64,000 nt of DNA, taken from contig NC_043005.1 in assembly GCF_006345805.1 (NCBI RefSeq), positions 108,314,001 through 108,378,000 on the forward strand. The letters run 5' to 3'. Positions 54,560 through 64,000 of the stretch are shown piece after piece; the first letter of the stretch is position 1; every line of letters begins with the position of its first letter. The position numbers and the translations under genes are program-made. Source of the DNA: Octopus sinensis. Taxonomy: Eukaryota. Under the pieces are notes generated by a model. That model was not told the DNA's origin and made no database searches. It saw only the letters and a list, made by a program, of their open reading frames with translations.

Positions 54560-57180
54560 CAGAATTAGATTTGATGAGATGCAGTTTAGTGTCAGGGAGA
54601 AGTATTACTGATACTATCTTCCTAGTTAGACAACTGCAGAGGATGTATTTAGCTAAAAACAAGTCATTGTAATGGCATTTGTCAACCTTAACCCTTTTGA
54701 TACCAACCTGGCTGAAACCGCTTCTGGCTCTGTAGCACAAATGTCTTATTTTCAAAAATTCTGCATTAAAATCTTCCACCAAACCTTAGTCACAATTTAT
54801 GTTCTTAACACTAACTTAATAATAACTAAATTATTTTATTAAATTCTTTGTTATATTCAAAATTAATTGAAAGAAACACAGAGCATCTCAAAATAAATAC
54901 GGTAACGAATACGTTAAGTAAGCATTTGACAGAGTCTCCTATGCTGTGATCTGGTGGTCTCTTAGGAAACTAAGGGTAGATGAGTGGCTTGTGAGAGCAA
55001 TGAAGCCCTGTACAAAGATGCTGTCAGTTTGCTAAGAGTTAACTATGAGTACAACAATTAATTTAGAGTACAGGTTGGAGGTCTCTAGTGCTGCTTTGTT
55101 CTCAGTTTCCTTCTATTCATCATAGTCTTCGAAGCCATAACAAAGGAACTAAAGACTGGTGCTCTTGGGAACTCTAATATTCTGATGACTTTGTTCTTAA
55201 TGCACAATCTGTAACAGAATCAGAAAAGAAATTCCAGGGGTGGAAGTAAAAGTGGAATCAAATGGTTTTAAAGTTGACTTAGTAAAGACCAAAGTTCTAG
55301 TAAGTAGGAAAACAGATAGGACACTATTCCCATTCTGTTTGATCTGTAGAAAAGATACTATCAGAAATTCTTTATAGAGTACTCAGTGCGAGCTATGAAC
55401 ATGCATGATGTGCTGTAGGAAGATTAGCAGAGAAAGTAGTGTTTGTATTTGGAAGTTGCACAGGAACAATACGCACTAAAGACATGGGAAATGGGTTTTC
55501 CTGAATGCTCAAGAGGATCCCAAGAGGCTGTAAATAATTTTTACATTCTAGGTGATCTAATTAGCAGTGGAGGAGGATGTTCTGCAGGTGTGCTCTCTAG
55601 AATAGGATAGGAAGGAGGGAAGAGGAGAATTATTACTTCTATTGGCAACAAAAGCTCTCGCCCTCTCCTAATTGTTCGATGTTTATGAACAGCAAAGGTA
55701 TGTGGTTGTGCAACATGGATCTTGAATGCAGAGGACATGCAAAGACTAGAAAGGAATAAAGCTAATATTCTCTGTTGGATGTGCCACGTCAATGTTCCTG
55801 TACAACAAAATGTAAATGTGTTGAGAGAAAAATTAGCCATAAGAGAAATCAGATGTAGAGTGTGAAGGAGAAGACTGTATAGGTTTGGTCATATAATGTA
55901 TATGCATGAGAACCCAAGCATAAAAATGTGCTGATCTCTTAAACTGGATAAAACTTGGAGAAGAAGAAACCTAGAAAGACATGAAACAAAGTAATGAAAG
56001 GTGATCTCAATATGCTGAGCTTCACACACGAGAGGAAAAAGAACCGGATTATTGGTGATTCATTCTGCTCAAGGAGAGCCATCTGTCATGGGAAATGTGA
56101 GGTGCTAAAAGCATTATGTTTATGCCTGGACATGTAGGAACATGTAGGACTCTGCCATTGCTATTAATCTTCCCCATTATCAAGCTATCCTCACACCTCC
56201 TCTTTCTAATACATATCCCTTGATCACTCTTCTGTCTATGACACTACTCAGCTGTTGTAATCATTTGAGGGCAGAACTGGCATGTATGTCATACCCCTTA
56301 TATGTTACCAATTATCTCCTTCCCTTGAAACCACCTCCCTTCAGTATTCCTCCCTTGTTCTCATTATCATTCCTTTCCTTTCTATTTTCCTCTCATCATC
56401 TTTCTGTGTCATTCAATTATCGTTCCCTCTCCTCTCAGCTACTTTCTAGGCCTGCCACACCTCATCTTTAACCCCTCACAAATCTGTTCACATTCTCAAC
56501 ACCATCATATCTACCACTGTTGTCACCCTGTCATTGTTGCTCCACTTACTATAGCCACACTTATGTACCTCTAACCTCCATCTCTGTCCCTGTACATCTC
56601 CCCCTTCCACTTTATACATCCTCTGTATTATCTCCCTTCTTCCTGATCTAGCCACAGGTTATTGATACTGCTGTACTCCTTCCCTTTCTGTGCTACTCTT
56701 TGTCACTTCCTTTGCAAGTTACTTTTATCTCTCTCACCTTTCCCCTCAATACTGTTATTTACCATCAACTACAACTCTACCCTATTCATCACTCACAAAG
56801 ATTCACCTCTTCTCCCATCTCTAATCATCTATTACTCTCCTCTCACTCTTCTATGAATTTTGTCAACCTTTGCTTCCTCCCTTGCATTAAGCTCTCAACA
56901 CCTGATATAATGACATCTCCCCACACCTCTCAAATACACGTTCCCACTCAGTCAAGGGAGGTTTACTTTTCTTGTCTTGCAAAACTTCTTAGCAACCTCA
57001 CTACTGCCAGTATCACGGAAAGAAAAACACCCAGTACACACAGTAAAGTGGTTGATGTTTGGATGGACATCCAGTCATAGAAACATTGCCAAAGCTGACA
57101 CTGGAGCATGATGCAGTCCTGTGACTCGTCAGACCCAGTCAAACCATCCAACTTATGATGATGATGATGATGATGATGCT
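54560..57180 (+). mobile_element. Degraded RTE LINE (RT domain to 3' end, long CT-rich UTR, tail)
   Basis: DEMQF..TDTIFLVRQLQ..AFVNL[MITE]*AFDRV..IWWSLRKL..PWEL*YSDD. UTR spans about 56100-57000; tail ends in (GAT)n. Confidence 0.88.
54692..54913 (-). mobile_element. piggyBac-type MITE nested in the RTE RT domain
   Basis: TTAA on both sides, CCCTTTTGATACC terminus; reverse complement of 44942-45161. Confidence 0.85.
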
Positions 57181-57189
57181 GATAAAGAT

Positions 57190-57470
57190 AGAGTGGCTGT
57201 CATTTTCTATTAGGGTGCCTAAGTCTTCAAAATATTATACCTGACATGATCTGTTGTTCAATATGATATCAGTGATCAGAAACACTCAGCTTGCATTTAG
57301 TAACAATTGTAGAGATGGGAGAAATATGTCCATAAATTTTCTCTTTAATCTTGTGATCACACCATGAAATGTTTGGAGCCATCATTAGAAGTTTTGTCAA
57401 TGTACTATCAAGGCTACCTTGAAGCTGCTTCCTCAATATTAAGGTTTCTGATCCACAGAGAGGGAAGGTA
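57190..57470 (-). mobile_element. RTE-related (RTE-X-like) LINE C-terminal remnant
   Basis: LCGSETL..LDSTLTKLLMMAPNISWCDH..IYGHISPIS..VSDH. Confidence 0.65.
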
Positions 57471-57490
57471 AGTGATAGAATATTCTCTAT

Positions 57491-57726
57491 TAACTGGCAG
57501 CGAGTTGGCAGAAATGTTAGCACGCTGGGAGAAATGCTTAGCGGTATTTCATCTGCCGCTACGTTCTGAGTTCAAATTCCGCCGAGGTCGACTTTGCCTT
57601 TCATCTTTTCGGGGTCGATAAATTAAGTACCAGTTATGCACTGGGGTCGATGTAATCAACTTCATCCCTTTGTCTGTCCTTGTTTGTCCCCTCTATGTTT
57701 AGCCCCTTGTGGGCAATAAAGAAATA
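57491..57726 (+). mobile_element. SINE family B with 14-bp target-site duplication
   Basis: AGAATATTCTCTAT at 57477-57490 and 57727-57740. Confidence 0.95.
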
Positions 57727-58291
57727 AGAATATTCTCTATCTCAGATTTCTTCATACTGAACATTGTACATATTATATAAATATATACTGAAAAATGTAT
57801 TGAAGTCTACACAAGCTTCCTGGCTAATAAAGCCAAAGCTTATATAAATTTTCAAGGCATTACCCCTTTGGATGGTATTCCAGCCCACTGCACAATTAAC
57901 TCTTTCGTGCACTTGTACTCATTCATAGCTGAGTGATCTGGAGAACACATTGTACTACTTGTTTGCGGATCAAAACTAGGATCTAATGATTGTGACCTAG
58001 TTTCCCACGCCCTCACTATGATGTCCTAAGAAAAGTAAGTACTAAAGTTCTAATGCTTAACCAGCAGAACACATTCTATCCATGGAGTGCATATGTAAAG
58101 CGCATATCAGATTTTCTTGGTAGCTATACTTCTGATAAAATTATAGTGGCTGTTATTGTAGCAACCACCTTGACGACAAGGCTAAAGCGACAGAATTTAT
58201 AAATTATTCACAAGATCCATATTTGTGATTCATTGATATCTGCTTTATTATTAATATTTATGCATGTTTAGTATTTTGCAGTAGAATCTAT

Positions 58292-58340
<49 letters not shown>

Positions 58341-58384
58341 CAATAATAAATCTCTGAACGAGATGTAAACAGTTACCGCTCGAC

Positions 58385-58432
58385 AACGTAAACTATACTA
58401 GCCATCTCAATATGGCTAGTATACTTTACGTT
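58385..58432. repeat. 21-bp inverted repeat (hairpin)
   Basis: AACGTAAACTATACTAGCCAT ctcaat ATGGCTAGTATACTTTACGTT, one mismatch. Confidence 0.9.
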
Positions 58433-58524
58433 ATTAATATATATATGAATAAATAAATAGAGTTTAACACAGGTGTAAATCAAATATTTTTACTTTCGAC
58501 ACTCATCTATTTATATATATATAC

Positions 58525-58556
<32 letters not shown>

Positions 58557-58577
58557 TATATATATATATTATATATA

Positions 58578-58654
<77 letters not shown>

Positions 58655-58954
58655 CACGTGATCACGTGACTGACCAGACCATCAGATGTTGCTACACATC
58701 GCTGGTCACAATGCGTTCGCATTGTTTTTAGCCTTCGAATGACGCCACCCCGCTGGCTAAGCGAGCAGGCCAACAGAAGAAACAGAGAAAGAGTGGTGAA
58801 GGAGTACAGCAGGGATCACCACCCCCTGCCGGAGCCTCGTGGAGCTTTTAGGTGTTTTCGCTCAATAAACACACGCAACGCCCGGTCTGGGAATCGAAAC
58901 CGCGATCCTACGACCACGAGTCCGCTGCCCTAACCACTAGGCCATTGTGCCTCC
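58655..58954 (-). mobile_element. tRNA-derived SINE family D
   Basis: Head GTGGAGGCACAATGGCCTAGTGGTTAGGGCAGCGG..GGTTTCGATTCCC. Confidence 0.88.
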
Positions 58955-58983
58955 ACATATATATATATATATATATATGCATG

Positions 58984-59022
<39 letters not shown>

Positions 59023-59252
59023 TATTTTTTTCAATTAGTCAATTTAGGGTAGCAAAAAAATAGAAATTTATCGCTACCAGCGGCCTGGTGGAAAAGAGAA
59101 AATAGTCAACGACTAAATATATATATATATAACAATTTAGGAGTGACCCTAACAGGTCATTCGTCCCCAGAAAGAGCAGCCATAACTCACACCGCCAAGT
59201 AGTAGTAATTCAGAAATTAGGTGAAAATTTAAAAACATTTACCCCAATTCAT

Positions 59253-59351
59253 CTTTTAGACGTTGCAACGTTTCTGTGTCATTAATGATTAAATTAGCTT
59301 AATTAAATTAAATTAAGCCATCTACCATAGGTTACACTTCATCAGTAAAAA
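59253..59351 (-). ncRNA. Type I hammerhead motif (inverted-arm copy)
   Basis: Reverse complement of the motif at 59517-59616; core intact. Confidence 0.8.
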
Positions 59352-59516
59352 ACCTGGGAGAGACAAATATACACGAGGCGTCTGTATCGATGCCTACGGA
59401 ATAGTCTTAAAATTTTCAAGACTGACGTATGGCGCGAATCGTCAGTCTTGAAAATTTTAAGACTATATTCCGTAGGCATCGATACAGACGCCTCGTGTAT
59501 ATTGTCTCTCCCAGGT

Positions 59517-59616
59517 TTTTTACTGATGAAGTGTAACCTATGGTAGATTGGCTTAATTTAATTTAATTAAGCTAATTTAATCATTAATGACACAGAAACG
59601 TTGCAACGTCTAAAAG
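59517..59616 (+). ncRNA. Type I hammerhead motif
   Basis: Stem I TTTTTA/TAAAAG; CTGATGA (59523); A-GTGT..55-nt structured insert..ACAC-A; GAAA; perfect palindrome ACGTTGCAACGT; GTC, predicted cut after 59610. Confidence 0.82.
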
Positions 59617-59980
59617 ATGAATTGGGGTAAATGTTTTTAATTTTCACCTAATTTCTGAATTACTACTACTTGGCGGTGTGAGTTATGGCTGCTCTTTCTG
59701 GTGGACGAATGACCTGTTAGGGTCACTCCTAAATTGTTATATATATATATTTAGTCGTTGACTATTTTCTCTTTTCCACCAGGCCGCTGGTAGAGATAAA
59801 TTTCTATTTTTTTGCTACCCTAAATTGACTAATTGATATTTTCTGAATAATCTGAGATTGAATCGGCAGTTTATATTTACTGCTGATAAGTTTGGCGCGA
59901 ATACGTCAGTCTTGAAAATTTTAAGACTATATTCGTAGGCATCGATACAGACGCCTCGTGTATATTTGTCTCTCCCAGGT

Positions 59981-60079
59981 TTTTTACTGATGAAGTGTAA
60001 CCTATGGTAGATTGGCTTAATTTAATTAATTAAGCTAATTTAATCATTAATGACACAGAAACGTTGCAACGTCTAAAAG
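59981..60079 (+). ncRNA. Type I hammerhead motif (tandem copy)
   Basis: Same motif; predicted cut after 60073. Confidence 0.82.
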
Positions 60080-60234
60080 ATGAATTGGGGTAAATGTTTT
60101 TAAATTTTCACCTAATTTCTGAATACTACTACTTGGCGGTGTGAGTTATGGCTGCTCTTTCTGGTGGACGAATGACCTGTTAGGTCACTCCTAAATTGTT
60201 ATATATATATAATATATATATATATATATGCATG

Positions 60235-60282
<48 letters not shown>

Positions 60283-60619
60283 CATGTTTGTGCATGTATG
60301 TGCAAACATGCATATAATGATATATATTACTTTATATTCATGTTTAAGTGTATATGTGTGAATGTATAAAAACATTTTTCAACATGTCTGTGTCCGTATG
60401 TCTGTGCCTGTCTTATTTATAAACTAACATAAAGTGGTCAATTAGCAGTGTCATTAGAGCATTGTACATAGATTGCTTTGTGGCAATTGTCCCAGCTCTC
60501 TGAGTTCAAATCCTGTCAAGCTCAGCTTTATTGTTCAATGTTTTAGGGTCGATAAGTAAAACATCACTCCTTTACTGAAGACAATTCTTCATGACCTTAA
60601 TTCTTAGCATCCTGATAGG

Positions 60620-60975
60620 CGCATGGTTCCGGGTTCAGTCCCACAGCGTGGCACCTTGGGCAAGTGTCTTCTACTATAGCCTTGGGCCGACCAAAGCCTT
60701 GTTAGTGGATTTGGTAGACGGAAACTGAAAGAAGCCCATTGTATATATGTATATATATGTATGTGTGTGTGTGTGTTTGTCCCCCCTACATCGCTTGACA
60801 ACCTATGCTGGTGTGTTTGTATCCCCGCAACTTAGTGGTTCGGCAAAAGAGACCGATAGAATAAATACTAGGCTTACAAACAATAAGTCCCAGGGTCGAT
60901 TTGCTTGACTAAAGGCGGTGCTCCAGCATAGCCACAATCAAATGACTGAAACAAGTAAAAGACTAAAAGAGTAAG
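60620..60975 (+). mobile_element. SINE family A
   Basis: Matches family consensus, head truncated. Confidence 0.9.
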
Positions 60976-61619
60976 AGTACTGAGTATAAAACTTATGGAC
61001 AGTGAGCTATTGGATATTGAACACTGGAACACCAACTTTGGTGAGAATCATTTAAAGATTCATTGAAACAATACCATATTTCTGACCCTACCTATGAAAA
61101 AAAAAAGAAAGAAAGAAAGAATGTCTTGCATCAGAATTTTTTTCTTTTATCTTTTCCTTCATTTGTACCTTAGATTGTGTTTTAAAGGATGATTCAGAGG
61201 AGTAAGATCTCAAATGGACTTCCTTCAGAGCTGCGAAGAAGATATCCAGTGGCCAGAGAGCTATTGGTCAGATTTATTGCAACAGATTGGAGTACACTAA
61301 AGTAACTCAAGAACTAGTTGGTGATGTTAAACTAGATAATAAAGTCTACCATCCAACAACAGTAATGAACGATCTGTTTGACAGAGGTCTCTGCAATTTT
61401 TATCTACCAAATTTCATTCTCAAGGCATTAGTCTATGAAAGGCTGCAGTGGATATCACTTTCACATAGAGCCTTGCTGTGAGATTAAACTTCAAGTACAA
61501 TGTTGTGAAGTGAGCGTCTTGAACACACAACCATGTCACTATGTTAATGCAAGAACATAGAACACAGGAAATGGTAATTTATTGTTTATATTATCCTTCT
61601 GATCCTAAACCGATGAGGG

Positions 61620-61862
61620 AGTCTTTACGCAATCATAACCCTGTGCTTGAGGAGACCTACTGAGTCAAGTACACCAACATCAAAAATCAATGGAAATTGT
61701 AGTTGTGATCCCTGTGCTGGTGGCACATAAAAAGTACCATCTGAACGTGGCCGATGCCAGTGCCGCCTTGACTGGCTTCCATGCCTTCTGGCTTCCCAGA
61801 TTCCAGTCGAACCGTCCAACCCATGCTAGCATGGAAATGGACGTTAAACGATGATGATGATG
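61620..61862 (+). mobile_element. RTE 3' UTR copy with internal deletion
   Basis: Ends GAACCGTCCAACCCATGCTAGCATGGAAATGGACGTTAAACGATGATGATGATG; 5' part mirrors bases 50-130. Confidence 0.8.
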
Positions 61863-62166
61863 TTGATTAGAGATAAAAGCTAAATACTTCTCCAACTGCA
61901 GCTTCCGAAGTTTAAAGCAGAAGATGACATACTGAGGGCTGGAACATTTTATAAACGTCTGCATTCAGGGCTGGAACATTTTATAAATGTCTGCTGCTTA
62001 GGGATAACTAAGGGATCAACAACAAAACTTAAATCACTTTCCATCTGTACTAGCATCTAAGAGACTAATCACTCAGCAGTTCTTGCTTCTTGCAGAAATA
62101 ACAGATTTGTACTAATCGTATCTGTTTTCACATTTATGGATAAAACCCAGCAAGATAGTCTTGATT

Positions 62167-62795
62167 AGGCTGTGTGGTAAGTAGCTTGCTTACCAACCAC
62201 ATGGTTCTGGGTTCAGTCCCACTGCATGGCACCTTGGGCAAGTGTCTTCTACTATAGCCTCGACCCGACCACAGCCTTGTGAGTGGATATGGTAGATGGA
62301 AATTTAAAGAATCCCGTTGTTTATATGTATATATATATAAAATATGAATTAGAGATAAAACCACTATTAGGCAACTCAAACAGTATACTCCCTAATATTA
62401 TTATTGTATATATATATATATGTATACATACATATACATATATATATATATATATGTATACATACATATATATATGTATATGTGTGTATATGTATGTGTG
62501 TATATACACATATGTGTGTATATATATATATGTATGTGTATAGATGTATATGTATGTATGTATATGTGTGTGTATATGTTTGTGTGTCTGTTTTGTCCCA
62601 CCCCACCCCCACCCCCAGCATCGCTTGACAACTGATATTTTTATGTTTACGTCCCCGTAACTTAGCGGTTCAGCAAAAGAGACTGATAGAATAAGTACTG
62701 GGCTTACAAAGAATAAGTCTTGGGGTCGATTTGCTCGACTAAAGGTGGTGCTCCAGCATGGTCGCAGTCAAATGACTGAAACAAGTAAAAGAGTC
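62167..62795 (+). mobile_element. SINE family A with an expanded internal microsatellite/insertion
   Basis: 5' part at 62167-62320, 3' part at 62575-62795. Confidence 0.85.
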
Positions 62796-63184
62796 ACAAA
62801 GTACAATGCCAGGGAATGCATCTCAATATAAGAATCAGAGTACATTAGTTGCTGATGTATATCTTAAGGCCGTTGTCTTGCATGTGTTCATTTATTCCGC
62901 TGGAAGTAGTAACCAAATTTGCCTCCAATCACACCTGTCACCCTGAAAAGAGGACACATTAACTAACGTAGATGCTGAAAACTTAAAAGTAGGATGCTCA
63001 GAGCTGAACTGACATTCATCATAGATCTTGGACATGATTGCCGTGGGGTTAAACAACACCTGAAAAAAGCCGATTCCATTAGTGCTACAAAGTAACAAAT
63101 CACAGAATTGGTTCATACAGAAGTATTTGCTTCTCATGGCATTAAATATTTCTTATTTAATTATATTTCTGTTCTCCTACGTAG

Positions 63185-63268
63185 AGTGAGACCGCAATTT
63201 TTTTTTGTCTTGGCCAATGGCAGCTTACATATCTTTTCCTTGTTTTTAAGAAATGACAAACAACATCT
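63185..63268 (+). CDS. Candidate exon with a WD40-like motif (VRPQFFFVLANGSLHIFSLFLRNDKQH)
   Basis: Acceptor TATATTTCTGTTCTCCTACGTAG, 84 nt, donor GTAAAG; resemblance judged by eye only. Confidence 0.3.
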
Positions 63269-63741
63269 GTAAAGTACGAAGAAACTATGCTTATGAATGT
63301 CTTTTTAAAATATTACCATTTCCTCTAAGAAATTATTCCTGAAATGCTTTCTGCAAAAATACAAAACATTTCATTAAAAGGTGACATTGGAGAGTCACTT
63401 TCTCTAACATGTTCCAAATGATCGCAATATTGATTTCGAATTTTGGCACAAGGCCTGCAATTTCAGAGGAGGTATAAGTCAAGTTCATCAACCCCAGTGT
63501 TCAGCTGGTACTTATTCTATTGACTTTGGAAGTATAAAAGGCAAAGTCAGCTTCAGCAGAATTTGAATTTAGAATGTAAAGACGGCCAAGATATTACTAA
63601 GCATTTTGCTTGGAGCCGTCACGATTCTGCCATCACACTGCCTTATATGGTCACAATGTTAAATTTACACTAATCACCAATTGTTTTCAGAAAGAATAAA
63701 GAATTTTACAGTGAAAATTCAATAAGAACATATTCATAGAA

Positions 63742-64000
63742 TTGGCTGTGTGGTAAGTAGCTTGCTTACGAACCACATGGTTCCGGGTTCAGTCCCACTG
63801 CATGGCAATTTGGGCAAGTGTCTTCTACTATAGCCTCAGGCTGACCAAAGCCTTATGAGTGGATTTGGTAGACGGAAACTGAAAGAAGCCCGTCGTATAT
63901 ATGTATATATATGTATTTTTTTGTGTCTGTGTTTGTCCTCCCAACATCACTTGACAACCGACGCTGGTGTGTTTACGTACCCGTAACTTAGCAGTTCGGC
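63742..64000 (+). mobile_element. SINE family A, cut by the window end
   Basis: Matches family consensus. Confidence 0.9.

Larger units (their letters stand above)
59031..60200 (+). mobile_element. Hammerhead-bearing element: inverted arm, full ~463-bp monomer and partial tandem copy
   Basis: 59031-59427 is the reverse complement of 59440-59836 (12-nt spacer). 59894-60200 repeats 59431 to about 59740. Confidence 0.75.

Noticed and set aside
54444-54782. 112-aa minus-strand ORF
   Set aside because: Antisense to RTE RT and partly within a MITE.
61935-61994. 28-bp direct repeat with 32-bp period
   Set aside because: Two copies only; simple slippage duplication, not a CRISPR-like array.

Overview
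AT-rich, repeat-saturated eukaryotic genomic DNA. The repeat families and dense (TA)n/(CAT)n/(TAA)n/(TAC)n microsatellites point to an Octopus genome (inference from family recognition, no search run). Most of the window is tRNA-derived SINEs, 5'-truncated RTE and R4/Dong LINE remnants, a mariner fossil, piggyBac-type MITEs and microsatellites. Nearly all six-frame ORFs supplied are translations of simple repeats or SINEs. No complete host gene is visible; a few plus-strand exon candidates exist, the best at 20202-20358, with no identifiable product. The main signal the ORF track does not explain is a set of type I hammerhead ribozyme motifs folded by eye: eight clear ones (three are copies of one element) and about three degenerate ones. 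They sit in small non-coding elements with inverted or tandem architecture typical of Penelope-like/retrozyme elements. Their cores show C3-G8, U3-A8 and G3-C8 covariation, an extra base after A9, an A/A pair at the base of stem II in two unrelated elements, long AT-rich stem II inserts and palindromic stem III. One element forms an 806-bp near-perfect palindrome plus a ~463-nt ribozyme-to-ribozyme tandem unit at 59031-60200.
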